Translations under genes and position numbers: made by a program | In this document: positions 53,280 through 64,000 of the stretch, in pieces | Layout of the letters: the number at the start of each line of letters is the position of its first letter | How positions within the stretch are numbered: position 1 is the first letter of the stretch | The notes under the pieces: model-generated | What the model was told of the DNA's origin: nothing | The model's input: the letters and a program-made list of their open reading frames with translations, nothing else | The model's database searches: none | Assembly (NCBI RefSeq): GCF_009914755.1 | Contig: NC_060926.1 | From: the human T2T-CHM13v2.0 reference genome, Homo sapiens | DNA length: 64,000 nucleotides | Strand: one strand, 5' to 3'

Positions 53280-54700
53280 CAGCCAGGCTTTTTCCGCCAT
53301 CCTGTGCCACCACTGCTCCTATCAAGGAGTGTGTTGTTCCATCCAGTGGTCAACCCTCAGCCCTCAGATGCTCTTCCTTGGCCATAGACAGCATTCACCC
53401 ACAGCTGGTCACTCCCACACCCACACTTCCTTCACCTGACTTCTGGGACACAGGGCTCTCTTGGTTTTCCTCCTACCTCATCATCCTTTCTTTAATCACA
53501 TTTACTAGTTCCTTCTCATCTCCCCAAGATGCTAATATTGGAGTTCCATGGGGACCAGCCTTTGGTCTTCTACTCTTTCTTAGCTACAGTCATTCATTCC
53601 CTTGGGAAATCTCCTTCAGTCTCATCTCCCTAGTGAACAACTCCCCAGTGAAGACCCTGGATTTGTATCTTCAGCCGAGACCACTGCCCTGAGATCCAGG
53701 GCCCTTTATCTCTCTTCCTTCTTAAGATCTCCACTTGGGCATTGTTATGGATTGAATGATTCCAGTTTCCCACATTAGAACCTAAATTCATGAGTCACTG
53801 ACACAAACTTGATCTACCTGTAGTCATTTCTAACCCCAATTAATTGCAACTTTATCCCCCCCAGGCCAAAACCATTGAAGTCACTCTTGTTTCCTCTCTT
53901 TCTCTCACATTCTATGTCCAAGTCATTGGCTCCGCCTCAAAAACACCACTCCTTACCATCTGCCCTTCCAGCATCTGATACAAGTTGTCTTTTTCTTGCT
54001 TAGTTTCTTGAAAATATTTCTACACATCTACATGCTTCAGCCCTTGTTTCACTATAGTCTCAACTTGACAGCTGAAGGGGTCCTTTTAAAACTTGCATTA
54101 GAACATGTTTTCCCTTTGCTCCAAACCCTCCAAAACCTTCCATTTCTCTAAGAGTATAAGCCAAAGTCCTTATGATGTTTCCAAGACGCTTACAGCCTGC
54201 CCTGAAGCCTCTTTGACCTCATCTCCTGCCACTCTCCTCCTGCCTTACTCTGCTCTAGCCACATGGTCGTCTTGCCATCCCTGAATATTCCAGGCATTCT
54301 CCTGCTTCAGGGCCCTTGTGGTCATTACTCCCTCTGCCTGGTCGGCCCTCGCAAGATGGCTGTGTGGCTCATTATCTGACCTCCTTCAATTCTTTGTTCA
54401 AATTTCTCTGTCACACAAAGCTTTCCTGACCACCCTTTCAAAAATTGCACCACACCACTCCTGCCTTCCTTGCTTTATTGTCCTTTATAGCACTTATTTA
54501 CTTTCAACATATTGTACATTTTGCTTATTTTTCCTATTTCTTCCTATGAGTGTAAAAGGATCAAGAAAGCAGGGATTGATGTTGATTGGGTTCACTGATG
54601 GGTCTGTGTGTATAAACCAGTTCCTTGCACTGTTGTATTGAATCAATGTGTGTTGAACAAATAATTGTGGGGTGAATGAATGGATGAATGAATGGATGAA
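53280..54700 (+). mobile_element. L2a long 3' fragment with (TGAA/TGGA) tail
   Basis: ctctcttggttttcctcctacctca, caggccaaaaccattgaagtca, ctttgctccaaaccctcca, ctctgctctagccaca, terminal tgaatgaatggatgaatgaa. Confidence 0.85.
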
Positions 54701-55123
54701 TCCAAGTCTAGTTTCCTTGTAATATAATATATGGCTCTTCTTCCAGTTTCACATTCTTCTGGGCTTGGCAAAATCAGTTTTGAATACAACTGCTCCTAGT
54801 AATGGAAGTTACGTTAGAAAATTCAATACGGCAATGAACTTCTGCCATCACTTCTGTATTGTGGCATGTAAGGCTTGTTCTCTAAGAGTTGTGTATCTCT
54901 CCTTAAGTGCTATACTTATAGTTCAGATGAGCTGCCACTAGGTAGAACTCTGGGCATTCAGTTAGGAGCTCTGCATCTCTAATATGTCTCTTCTTCTCCC
55001 TGCATACTGTCCTGGGCCAGGCCCACATAGTCTCCTGTTAGGTCACTTGCATCAGCTTCTCAGTTGACTTCCCCATTCTTAGTCTTTCTCCCCTAATTCC
55101 CACCTAACCAGAATGATCTATCT

Positions 55124-55680
55124 CAGTGGCCTGCAATCTTTCATTTTTAGTGGCCACTCCTTTGTAATTATAGGTAGACTCATATATAGAACAGAGCATC
55201 TCTATTTGAAGCTCTCTCTTTCATCCCACCTCAAGGCAGCCTGTGAAGAAGCGTCCGGAATTGAGGGAGCTGTAGAATGAAGTTCATATTCCCCTGATTA
55301 AGCCCGTCCATACACTTAGCTTGAATGCCCCTTTTCACACAAACCGTCAAGGGCTTCCTATTGCTCAGAGAAGTGTTTCATCTACCATAGTAATCCATGC
55401 ACCACGTTCATGATTTTTTCTTTTTTTTTTTTTTTTTTTTGCCACAGTCACATGCCTCTCTATTATTCACCTAATGTTTTTCTTAAAACCAACTCATATT
55501 TATAAACTTAGATTCAGTTTAGGGAATCTAAATCATTATTGTCATCACCATAAACTAAAACCCAATGTGTCATTCATTATGAATAGAAGATAATATTAAA
55601 ATTAAATATGTAGGGATTTGGATGACAAAGTTATCATGTTCATCTGTAAGTGTGCTCCACACTGTAGGGAAACACTGCCT
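55124..55680. mobile_element. hAT-Charlie fossils (MER103C-like, then MER113-like)
   Basis: atatatagaacagagcatctctatttgaagc; accacgttcatgattttt..gcca; ending gggaaacactg. Confidence 0.45.
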
Positions 55681-55964
55681 AGAGAATAAAGCTGCAGCTC
55701 CTTTACCCAATGTGTTCAACCCTCTCCATGAAGAAGAAAATTCTTAAAGTTCTCTGCACGCTGTTTTGCACCTCATTGACTTTGCTCATGCAGTTCCCTT
55801 GGCCTGGAATGCCTACCCCAATTTAGTTTTAGGTTTAAACATTTTTTAATTTTTATTGAAGTATTACGCATAAATAATTTGAAAAATCAGTTAGTACTCT
55901 AGGCTTACAACAAAACACAGCTGCCCCTCCCTCCTAATTCTCCCTTCCCAGAGCATACACTTTC

Positions 55965-56323
55965 TTTTTTTAAAAAATTGTGGTGAAATATACATAACAT
56001 AAAATTTACCATTTTACTCATTTTTAAGTATATAGTTTGGTGGTATTAAGTACATTCACAGTCCTGTGCAACCATTACCACCACCCATCTTCAGAACTCT
56101 TTTCACCTTGTAAACCTGAAACTCTGTGCTCATTAAACACCAATTCACTCCCCACTCCCTCATTCCCCTAGTCTCTGGCAATCATCATTCTACTGTCTGT
56201 CTCTGTGAATTTGACTACTCTAGGTACCTCATATAAGTGGAATCATACAGTATTTGTCCTTTTGTGACTGGCTGATTTCATTTAGCATCATTATTTCAAG
56301 CCTCACTCATGTGGTAGCATGTA
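55965..56323 (-). mobile_element. L1MB 3' end
   Basis: ttgtggtgaaatatacataacataaaatttaccatttt...actactctaggtacctcatataagtggaatcatacagtatttgtcc; TSD acactttc at 55957 and 56324. Confidence 0.9.
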
Positions 56324-56832
56324 ACACTTTCAATTCACTCCACTACTTTCTTTTGTCATTATGCTAGGAATTCTCTTTTCCTCTCTTCTGAAATGGATCC
56401 TCTGTCTTCTGGATCCCATGTTTTCCTATTCTTTGTTTTATTCTCTTATTTTGATGTGGCATATCCTTCAGTAACTTTTTAAGTAAGGATGCACAACAAG
56501 CACATATTTTGAGACTTTGCATGTGTAAAAAAAATCTTTATTTTAACTTCACATTTAATGATAGTTTGGCTGGGTATGGAATTCTAAATTGGAAATTATT
56601 TTCCATTCACATTTTGAACACATTTATCAACTGACTTCTAGGTCCCCAAATTGCAGATGTTAATGCAGATGCTACTCTGATTCCCCATCATTTGTATACG
56701 ATCTATATTTTTTCCTTTGCAAGACATACAATCTTTATTTTCTATTACTCTGAAGTTTTATAATTATATGGTATTGTGTATGCCTTTTATAGTGTGGGAT
56801 TCAATTATGCTGGACACTTTCTGAGGTTACAA

Positions 56833-56926
56833 TGTGTGTGTGTGAGAGAGAGTGTGTGTATGTGAGAGAGAGAGAGAGAGAGAGAGAGAAAGTGCGTGCG
56901 TGTGTGTGTGTGTGACAGAGTGTGTG
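56833..56926 (+). repeat. Compound (TG)n/(AG)n microsatellite
   Basis: Direct reading of the sequence. Confidence 0.92.
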
Positions 56927-57869
56927 TTTCATATTTATTCCTGCTCCCCGTATTGACTCTGAGACCCTCACCCCACCTCACCACCGACATTTGTTTTAAT
57001 TTGCGTTTTGGTTTCAGTCACTGTGCTTTCTGTTAGAACTGCTATCATCAAATATCTGTTGATCCTTGGTTGTTCTTTATGAAAAATTCAAAGCCAATTG
57101 GAATTTCTATGCACATGAATGAGGGCTGTTGCCTTGTAAACTTCATAGGAGGGTGATTGGGCCAGGAATGAACCATTGAATGATTCCCCATGGCAATAAC
57201 AGATTTTTCTCTGGGGCATGCCAGTCTCCTTGAGGAATAACCCCCTTTTTTTCCTTAGTAGGGGGGCATTCAACTAACTACACTGTTCTGAAGTCTGAAA
57301 GAGGAGCAGGCTAGGACATCTCACTGTTCAGGATACAGACTCTTCCTCAACCTCCTGGTGGTTGGTATGGTGCACCCATGCTCTCACCTCTGCCTGGCTT
57401 GTGGACTCTGTCCTTATATTCCATTTAGGGTCCCTCTATTCTCTCCTTCAGTTGACTCACCTCTGCCCTCCAGCCCTTACTTTGGCCCCCCATGGCCTGC
57501 TTTCCTCCCTGGCTAGCCCTCAGCTCAGATATGATAACCCTAATATCTTTTCATGAACTCATGATTTTTATCTTTCACATAAGAAAGCATATGTATAGAC
57601 CACAAAATCTATGCAGAGGACAGAGACCCTTTGGGAATCAAACTCCACATCCTTAAAACCACAAGGAAGGGAAGGAAGGAAAAGTGTCCAACCCATGCCT
57701 TCCAGAGTTTCAGACCCCTGACTCTAAGACCCTAAGTAACAAGAGATTGCAGATGAATATTAGGGAGTATTTTACACTGAAGCAAGCCTTCAAATGGTTA
57801 TATACAAAATAGATTCTCTAATGAAACATATCAAGATGAACTGAACATATGGATAGGTTAGCAGCTATA

Positions 57870-58060
57870 AAAGTCCTAATCTTCTAATTCTGTATTGGTA
57901 TTTCCAGTGACCAGACCCCATCCTGAAGCCAGGTAGGGGCTGCCAGTCAGTAGTCAATCATTAGCATGCAAAAATGCATCACTTTGGAATTTCTAAGGAT
58001 TTTAGGATTTGAAAGCCAAGAAATGGGATTAAAAAACTAAACATATTTCACAATATCACA
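57870..58060 (-). mobile_element. MER21 LTR 5' fragment (inverted copy of 60081-60270)
   Basis: Reverse complement of the MER21 5' end, ending cacaatatcaca; shares non-LTR flank with the right copy. Confidence 0.9.
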
Positions 58061-60080
58061 TCAAGAAACTTTCATTATGGAAAAGGGTAACTCTCTTTAA
58101 GGTGGCTTATTACTAGAAGTAAGATTTGGGGTCTTAAGACGTCCCGGGGCTTCCTTAACAATCGACTTCCTAGTACTTTTTGATGAAGCACTGTCTCTCC
58201 TTTAACACTGCCTTTAGTTTCTAACCTAATCTTATTTGGCATGATTCTCTAAGACATGCCAAACAGAGCTTTCAGGTTTCTCTGTTTTCTGGTATCTGGA
58301 TATGTCTGACTCACTTAAGAAGTTTCATCCAGTGACAGTAACCATACCCGATGAGGTCTCCGTGTTAACAGAGCTTAAATGTTTGCTACCCCCTCAGGCT
58401 CTTTGGGTGATGATTCAACCAAAGGGAAAATGGCAAGTGAAAGTGTGTGCCCCCTCCCCTCTGACTTCAGAGCATTGCAATAGGGCTACTTTTAATGTGC
58501 TTGGTAACAATTAGCTCTTGAAGCTGCAACAGCTGCACAATGCTGATGCTCTCCAGATGCACCAAACGAATTAAATCATGCGATAATTCAATTGGAAAAT
58601 TGGGTGTAATTATGGAGAATGCAGAGTCTGCTAGTCGCCGCACGGTGACTTGGAGTTCTTGAAACAACAGTGGTGTGGGATGTTCAGGGAGTGTGTGGCA
58701 GACACAGAAGCCGATATGGGTGTTTGCAGAAATCTCAGCCCCCTCTATGACAATGATGGAATTACCCAACCCTGTTCTCAGTTAAGAGCTATCTGAGTGC
58801 CACTAAAGAGATCTCCTCTGTAACTTCAAAGCTTCTCACATCCAGACCACTCTTCCTGACATGATAGTGGGGGCTGCGCTTCAAGCTGGTTGGGAACGTG
58901 TAAAACAAGCAAAGGCTGGAATCCCTAAGGACTAGTGATACAAATGTTAATTTAAAGAGCTAGTTAAGTAAGAGAACCATAAATTATGATACCTTAAACA
59001 TTCTGTTTTAACTAACACACACACACATATTCATACACCAATCTCTTGATAGAGGGTCATGTCCAAGGTCAATGTCTTCTGCGTAGCATCTTTCTCACAT
59101 TTATCAGACCCTTAATGCATTGGTTATAATTTTCAGTTTGGGTTTATGTGATGGGGAATAAGAACCTAAAAAGATCTGAGGATCATTTTCAATAGCATCT
59201 TCTCAGAGATATTTATGTTTTTCTTTCCAAACTCTGAGAGTCACCCAATTCAAAGGCTTCTGTGTGCTGTTTTGCAGTTATGCCCTGCACAACTCGAGGA
59301 GGCGTCAGCCACAGGGTATCCCTTGGAGTCGTGTAGTGACAACTTGAGAGTCGTTCTCAGGGGTCCTGCCTCATCCAGCAGCAACTTCTTTTGTACTGGC
59401 TTGCCTTTATTGAATCTTTCTGCAGCATTCAACTGAGTTTTCATAGAAACAATAGCTCTCTCCTTGCATTGCAATTGAATCTTATAATTACCATGAATAT
59501 CTTTTAGAACAAATACAATAGCCTCTTGGGAAGTGAGCATCTTAACTGGTGAGCAGAAGTGTGCATGTATGCAAGGGAACAGCCTATAGGCCTCGAGTGT
59601 ACAGGATGCTATGGGCATCAATCAAGATAATTTACAGAGTGTTCTGCTCAGTTCTGGGAATTTTTAAAAAAATGATACTTTACAGAGGGAAAGCTAATAC
59701 AGAGAGCTGGTAAAGGGAAGGTTAATTAAGAGAGCTTCTACTGTCCTGTGAATTTAGTGATGCTCTTAAACAAATTTCTATTTTATTATTCACTATTTCA
59801 TCTATATTTTTTTAAAATAGCACCTAGAGATGTCAGCCATTTTATCTTTTTAGTCCACAGATAAATTTCTGGATTCCTTATCATAACTCCCCAGGCATTA
59901 TAGTCTTCAGATTGGGAACCCCTGGCTTAGGGTCTGCTGCCCATAGTGAAATAAAAAATGATTGAGCTTGGTTAATGAAGGAGTAACGAGTTCTCTTTGC
60001 ATGATATGATTTAAACTCAAAGGGAAGAATGCTGAAGCATCCATTAAGAGCCATGCTTTTCCATAATGAAAGTTTCTTGG

Positions 60081-60916
60081 TGTGATATTGTGAAATATGT
60101 TTCATTTTCGATCCCATTTCTTGGCATTCAATTCCTAAAATCCTTAAAAATTCCAAAGTGATGCATTTTTGTATGCTAATGATTGACTGATGACTGGAAG
60201 CCCCTAGGTAGCTTCAGGATGGGATTTGGTCACTGGAAAGACCAAGGCAGGATTAGAAGATAGGGACTTTCAGTCCCATCCCTCAGCCTCAGGGAAGGAC
60301 AAAGTGGCTGAAGGTTAAGTTGATCACCAATGGTCAATAATGTAATCAATCACGCTTAGGTAATGATGTTTCCATAAAAACTCCAAAGAACAGGGTTCAG
60401 AGAGCTTGTGGGTAGCTGAACATCTGGAACTTCCTGGAGGTGTCACACCCAGAGAGGGCATGGGAGCACCACACCCCTTCCCCATACCTTGCCCTACACA
60501 TCTTGTCATCTATATTCTTTGTAATATCCTTTATAATAAATCGGTAGACATAAGTAAGTTTCTCTGAGTTCTGTGAGCTGCTCTAGCAAATTAATCAAAC
60601 CCAAAGTGGCAATGGTGAGAACCCCAACTTGAAGCTGGTCAGGCAGAGGTTCCTAAGGCTTGGACTTAAGACTGGTAGGAAGCAGGGGCATTTTGGGGAC
60701 TGATCCCTCAACCAGTGGAGTCTGATGCTGTCTCCAGGTAGATAGTGTCAGAATAGAACTGAACTGGAGGATACCCAGCTGGTGTTTGCTGCAGAACTTC
60801 CTGCTTGCTTGGTGTGCGGGGAAAATCTCCATACATGTGGTCACAGATGTCTTCTATCTGTGTTGACTTTTGGCGTGAGAGCTGAGAAACCCAATCTGTG
60901 TTTTTTTCCACCCTCA
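60081..60916 (+). mobile_element. MER21 (MER21B-like) solo LTR, full length
   Basis: TGtgatattgtgaaatat...gcccctaggtagcttcaggatggg...ctctagcaaattaatcaaaccca...ccctCA; TSD cttgg/cctgg. Confidence 0.9.
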
Positions 60917-61089
60917 CCTGGATAGTTTAAAAACCACAAGAAATATTGATGCTAAAGAGGGAAAAAGCCACCAGTTTATCCACCTGGGACTTTCCCCAAC
61001 TCCTTCTCCCTTCGCCCTGTCTTTAGGTACATCACATCTTGTCTTTTAATTTGACCAGACCAAGAATTAGACTCGAGAAGCTCCTCACT

Positions 61090-61300
61090 GAGAAACTGTG
61101 ACCTAGGGTTGGATCGTCTTCCGTTGAAATCATGACTTTGCCTCTTGCTTACCTAACTTAACTTAATTTGAACGTTAGTTTCTTTGTCTGTAAAAGGGTC
61201 ATGGCAATAAGTACTCTACCAAGTTACTGTAAAGATTAAATGTCCCAACATATCCCAAAGGACCAGATATGGATTGGATGCTCAATAAATGTCAGGCAGG
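61090..61300 (+). mobile_element. MIR fragment
   Basis: agtttctttgtctgtaaaaggg...gtaaagattaaatg...gctcaataaatg. Confidence 0.65.
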
Positions 61301-61418
61301 AGCAAAGGGTGGCTAAAGTTTTATCAGAAGGTAAAGGAATGGGAGAAGATACACGGTATGAGGAAGAGGTGATTCAAAATAGGGAGATAGAGAAGATGAG
61401 AAAAAGTAGTAAAAATCA

Positions 61419-61701
<283 letters not shown>

Positions 61702-61759
61702 GCAGTAACAACAATAATACTAATATACAGAATTGTGTGGTTAAAAAGTGAATTTATAC

Positions 61760-61930
61760 ACATTATGTCACTGGCATAGTCCAACAGCCCTGTGAGATAG
61801 GATGGGATTTAGTATTCATTTTTCAGACGAGAAAACAGGTCTAAAAGATTAAAAGAGTTGGCCAAAAGGATGAAACAGAGTTGGCACTTGGACCCAAGTT
61901 CTCCTTATTCCCAGCCCAGTGGTTTGCTCA
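61760..61930 (-). mobile_element. MIR fragment
   Basis: caacagccctgtgagatagg...ttttcagacgagaaaacagg. Confidence 0.65.
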
Positions 61931-63699
61931 TAAGAGTATATGATCTTCAGCTTTCTGTCTTTACCACACCATCTTGGAGACTCCGTGATGGCTGTCATGC
62001 TCCAGATGACCTCCTTTTGTTCTAGGGAGAGTTATACAAACAGTCAGTGCTCCAGGAAGCTGCTTTGGGTCTTCCAGGTCTAGCATGGCTTCCAGTAATT
62101 ATTTTGAGAGAAACAATGATGGAAAGAATCCATGAAAAAGGAAGCTTGGGTCATACAGTTTGTGGGTAGGGGAACACTGAATATGAAAATTGCAACTGGA
62201 GATCACCCTTTGAGGTTAGGACCCAGAGAAAAGTGATGTTATGAGTCCTGAGTTATTTTATTAGTGGATAGAAAATTATAGGAAGTGATATGTTTTGAAG
62301 ATGGAAATTTTAGAGGTCTAATGTAACTCTCCAGGCATATTGAAAGATGTTATTTCCATATTCTTCTTGGGTAATCAATCATGCCATAGCAAATTAAGAG
62401 TTCTTATTTTTAGGCTTATTAGCTACACAATGATAATGAAAATTGATTACAGCCACATTCCCCTCCTTAAGACACTGTCAGTAAATGAACTGAGATGCCC
62501 CAGAATCAATCCATTTAAAAAATATACTAAAGGTTGAAAAAAAAGCCCTCATCAATTACTTTGACATCTGTTAATAAAGAAAAGATGACGAACTGGCTGC
62601 TTCTGTCATTGTTCGCTTACTGTAGGCTAAGAAAACAAGTTCTTTTGTTCTACCAACTGAAGACATCTTCAAAAGCTGAAAGTATCTGAGCTGCTGAAGA
62701 CCAGATATTGGTTTCCAGGAATATAAATCAGAGAAACGTCCAAAAATACTAATAGGAAAGTGCAAAAACAAGAATAAGCCATGTCTGTCTCTGATTTATC
62801 AACCTTCAAAGTCTAAGAAGGTTCTTTGGATTAGACTCAGGAAGTTCCTGTAGGTGGAAACTTGGCAATACTGGGGTATTATAAAAATGCTGGTAGGGGC
62901 TGAATATGGTGACATTAACAAACTAAGGATCTAGAGAAACAGGGAAGTGCACCTTTTGTGAACCTAATTAATGGTTTTGTGCTTTATAATTTTGGGAAGA
63001 TGTCAAGATGTCCAAATAAATAGCAAATAATAATACACCAGTTCTGTATGTTACCTTTTCCAAGCCATTTTTTGGGGGTAAAAGAAAAAAATGCTGAAGA
63101 TAGTATCTTACGGGGTCCCACACTAACACTGAGGTTTCACTAACAACAGAGTGCATGAGGAACGCATTCAGTCCTCCCTCAGATTATTCTGAGCTGAGTC
63201 CAGGGAGGCCTGGAAAAGCTCACTCATAACAACACAGGGCAAGATGACAGTCCTCTGGGGCTTAGGCCCATGATCTCTGGACTCTAACACTCATCACCTT
63301 GGAGTTGTAAGGTCTCAGCTCATTTCAGAGATCAGGCTCATTTAAAAAATCAGCTCACAAACATGGATTGCCTTTGAACAATTATAGAAGTTCTAGATAC
63401 TCTTCATAGAAAGAAAATGGAAAATAAAGTATAAAGATGTATTTCTCTTTTCTGAAGGATTGTGTTTAAGCAACTTGGAACGAATCCAGGTCAAATATCA
63501 AGTGACTTCATACTTCATGCATTTCTCTGCTGATTGACATATGGTCATGCTAGCTGGAGACTGGGTCATAGGAGAAGAGCTGCTGTGCTACTAAATGCCT
63601 GTGTCCATATTTATATCCACAAACATCTTTCTCTAAGAAGGTATCATTCTGTCTGAGGGTCACAAGCATATGTATATATACAAGTTTAAATAAACAGAG

Positions 63700-63830
63700 G
63701 AGACACTAGAACATTTTTTTGGTGATGGAAATTTTTTTTCCTTGATTGCAGGGCTGTGTGTGTTTATCAAAATTCATGGGACTGTACACTACAAAGGGTG
63801 AATTTTAAAAATGTAAATTTTTACATTAAA
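63700..63830 (+). mobile_element. Old L1M 3' fragment
   Basis: ggtgatggaaat...cttgattg...tcaaaattcatgggactgtacac..aaagggtgaatttta. Confidence 0.65.
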
Positions 63831-64000
63831 TACTTCATTAACCCCACCCCCAACACACATACTAAGTTCTTAAAGACAAAAGTCTATGATAAAGCCCAGC
63901 TTTCATGGCCTTATTGGAATGGTAGAGGGACTGACTGAATGATATGTAAGATCCGTCCTAACTCTAATATTCTATGAATAATTTTAAAGTATCTCAACTG

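Larger units (their letters stand above)
55845..57440 (-). mobile_element. HAL1/old L1 ORF1-type element, interrupted by L1MB
   Basis: gatagtttggctgggtatggaattcta..ttggaaattattttcc; caaatatctgttgatccttggttg. Confidence 0.65.

Noticed and set aside
59250-59621. 123-aa minus-strand ORF in unique DNA
   Set aside because: No recognisable domain, splice context, or poly-A/TSD indicating a retrocopy; length is within chance.

Overview
Primate (human-like) genomic DNA: CpG-depleted, with AluY/AluS/AluJ, L1PA, THE1 and MER-family repeats. I found no credible protein-coding exon, RNA gene, CpG island or processed pseudogene, so the window looks intergenic or deep-intronic, and I could not identify the locus. 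Most ORFs in the track are chance frames or translations of Alu, L1 or LTR sequence; the only recognisable protein is the L1 ORF2p C-terminus at 51469-51840. Much of the window is interspersed repeat: about 16 solo LTRs (MLT1, MST, THE1, MER4, MER21, MER31, MER39), hAT/Tigger DNA-transposon fossils, L1/HAL1/L2/MIR, and about 11 Alu-type SINEs. Many have target-site duplications (TSDs) that can be read directly. I see no evidence for a new multi-gene system. The most notable structures are: (1) a ~215 bp inverted duplication crossing a MER21 LTR boundary and bracketing ~2 kb, a likely staggered-break inversion scar; (2) a TSD-flanked L1 stub carrying a probable 3' transduction; (3) a four-level TE nest with a target-site deletion; (4) a FAM/Alu chimera; (5) a tight cluster of HNF4-type DR1 motifs. 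Repeat subfamily names come from recalled consensus sequences, not a search; boundaries without TSDs are approximate.
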